64,000 nucleotides of DNA, from the NCBI GenBank assembly GCA_964188305.1, contig OZ076894.1; one strand, written 5' to 3'. The position numbers and the translations under genes are program-made. The stretch is from Podarcis bocagei. Taxonomy: Eukaryota. This document shows, one piece after another, positions 63,367 to 64,000 of the stretch (its first letter is position 1; every line of letters begins with the position of its first letter). Under the pieces are notes generated by a model. The model saw only the letters and a list, made by a program, of their open reading frames with translations. It was not told where the DNA came from and did not search any database.

Positions 63367-64000
63367 TATATGCTTGAAAATCCACCAGGAGCAGGTTCAA
63401 CACCTACAAAAAATACGTAAGCACAAGGGTGGGGGTGGGGAGAACCACTGGCTTTAAAAGGAATGGCATGCACTTAACTTTCTTTAACTTGTACACCCTT
63501 TATGACTATACTCTAAGATTACTACAGCTGCAATTTTCACCCCATTTAGGTTTGATGTTAACCTCCCTTTCCCCATAATGAGTCATGACTATATCCCATG
63601 ACGCCTTCACTGCAGCCATGTCGAACATGACAAGGTGACTACCAAAGACATATTTTTGCCTATTTTCTTTGAAGAGTATTAATTATTGCAAAGAATAATT
63701 TAAGAACTAATTTAACGTGTGTGCACAATGCAGCGTCTAACAATAGATCTTATGCTAATCTTATTCAGTCTTCAGGGAAAATATTCTCCTGCACAATTAT
63801 CCATTTTTCTGTAATGATGATGCTGGTTACTGATACACTGAAACTGTAAATTATTATGTTGCACAATTTAGAAGCACATACATAAGGCAAAATAATGATA
63901 TATGATTGATTTTTCTTAACACTGCTATCACATTAAATATTTCAACTGCATTCAGTAAAAAAGGGATTTTAGGCTCAATTATTTTTCTTCTGTGCACTGA

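Overview
Repeat-rich, AT-rich non-coding vertebrate DNA. The repeat set (Sauria SINEs, Bov-B/RTE tail, squamate-type L2/CR1/L1 fragments, many TA- and 8-bp-TSD MITEs) points to a squamate reptile, probably a lacertid lizard (inference). I could not support any host protein-coding exon, and most listed ORFs look like chance or repeat-derived ORFs. The main feature is a ~7.2 kb tyrosine-recombinase retrotransposon of Ngaro type (split direct repeats A1...B1-A2-B2, 24226-31454). It sits inside a Tc1/mariner-type MITE, joined at a shared AAAG core. It appears chimeric: apparently identical young termini and a nearly intact SGNH hydrolase enclose an older, decayed relative (gag zinc finger, RNase H, recombinase, SGNH, its own B-like repeats). 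Comparing the two lineages in this one locus shows (i) a ~290-nt multi-stem fold in the B repeat with compensatory base changes, (ii) a same-phase splice acceptor in front of both SGNH ORFs, with a candidate leader exon in the A2-B2 segment, and (iii) a palindromic attachment site AACACGC-AAA-GCGTGTT. The other young insertion is a 5'-truncated Rex1/Babar LINE with an uninterrupted RT ORF and a 59-bp flanking duplication. All comparisons were made by eye and coordinates counted by hand.
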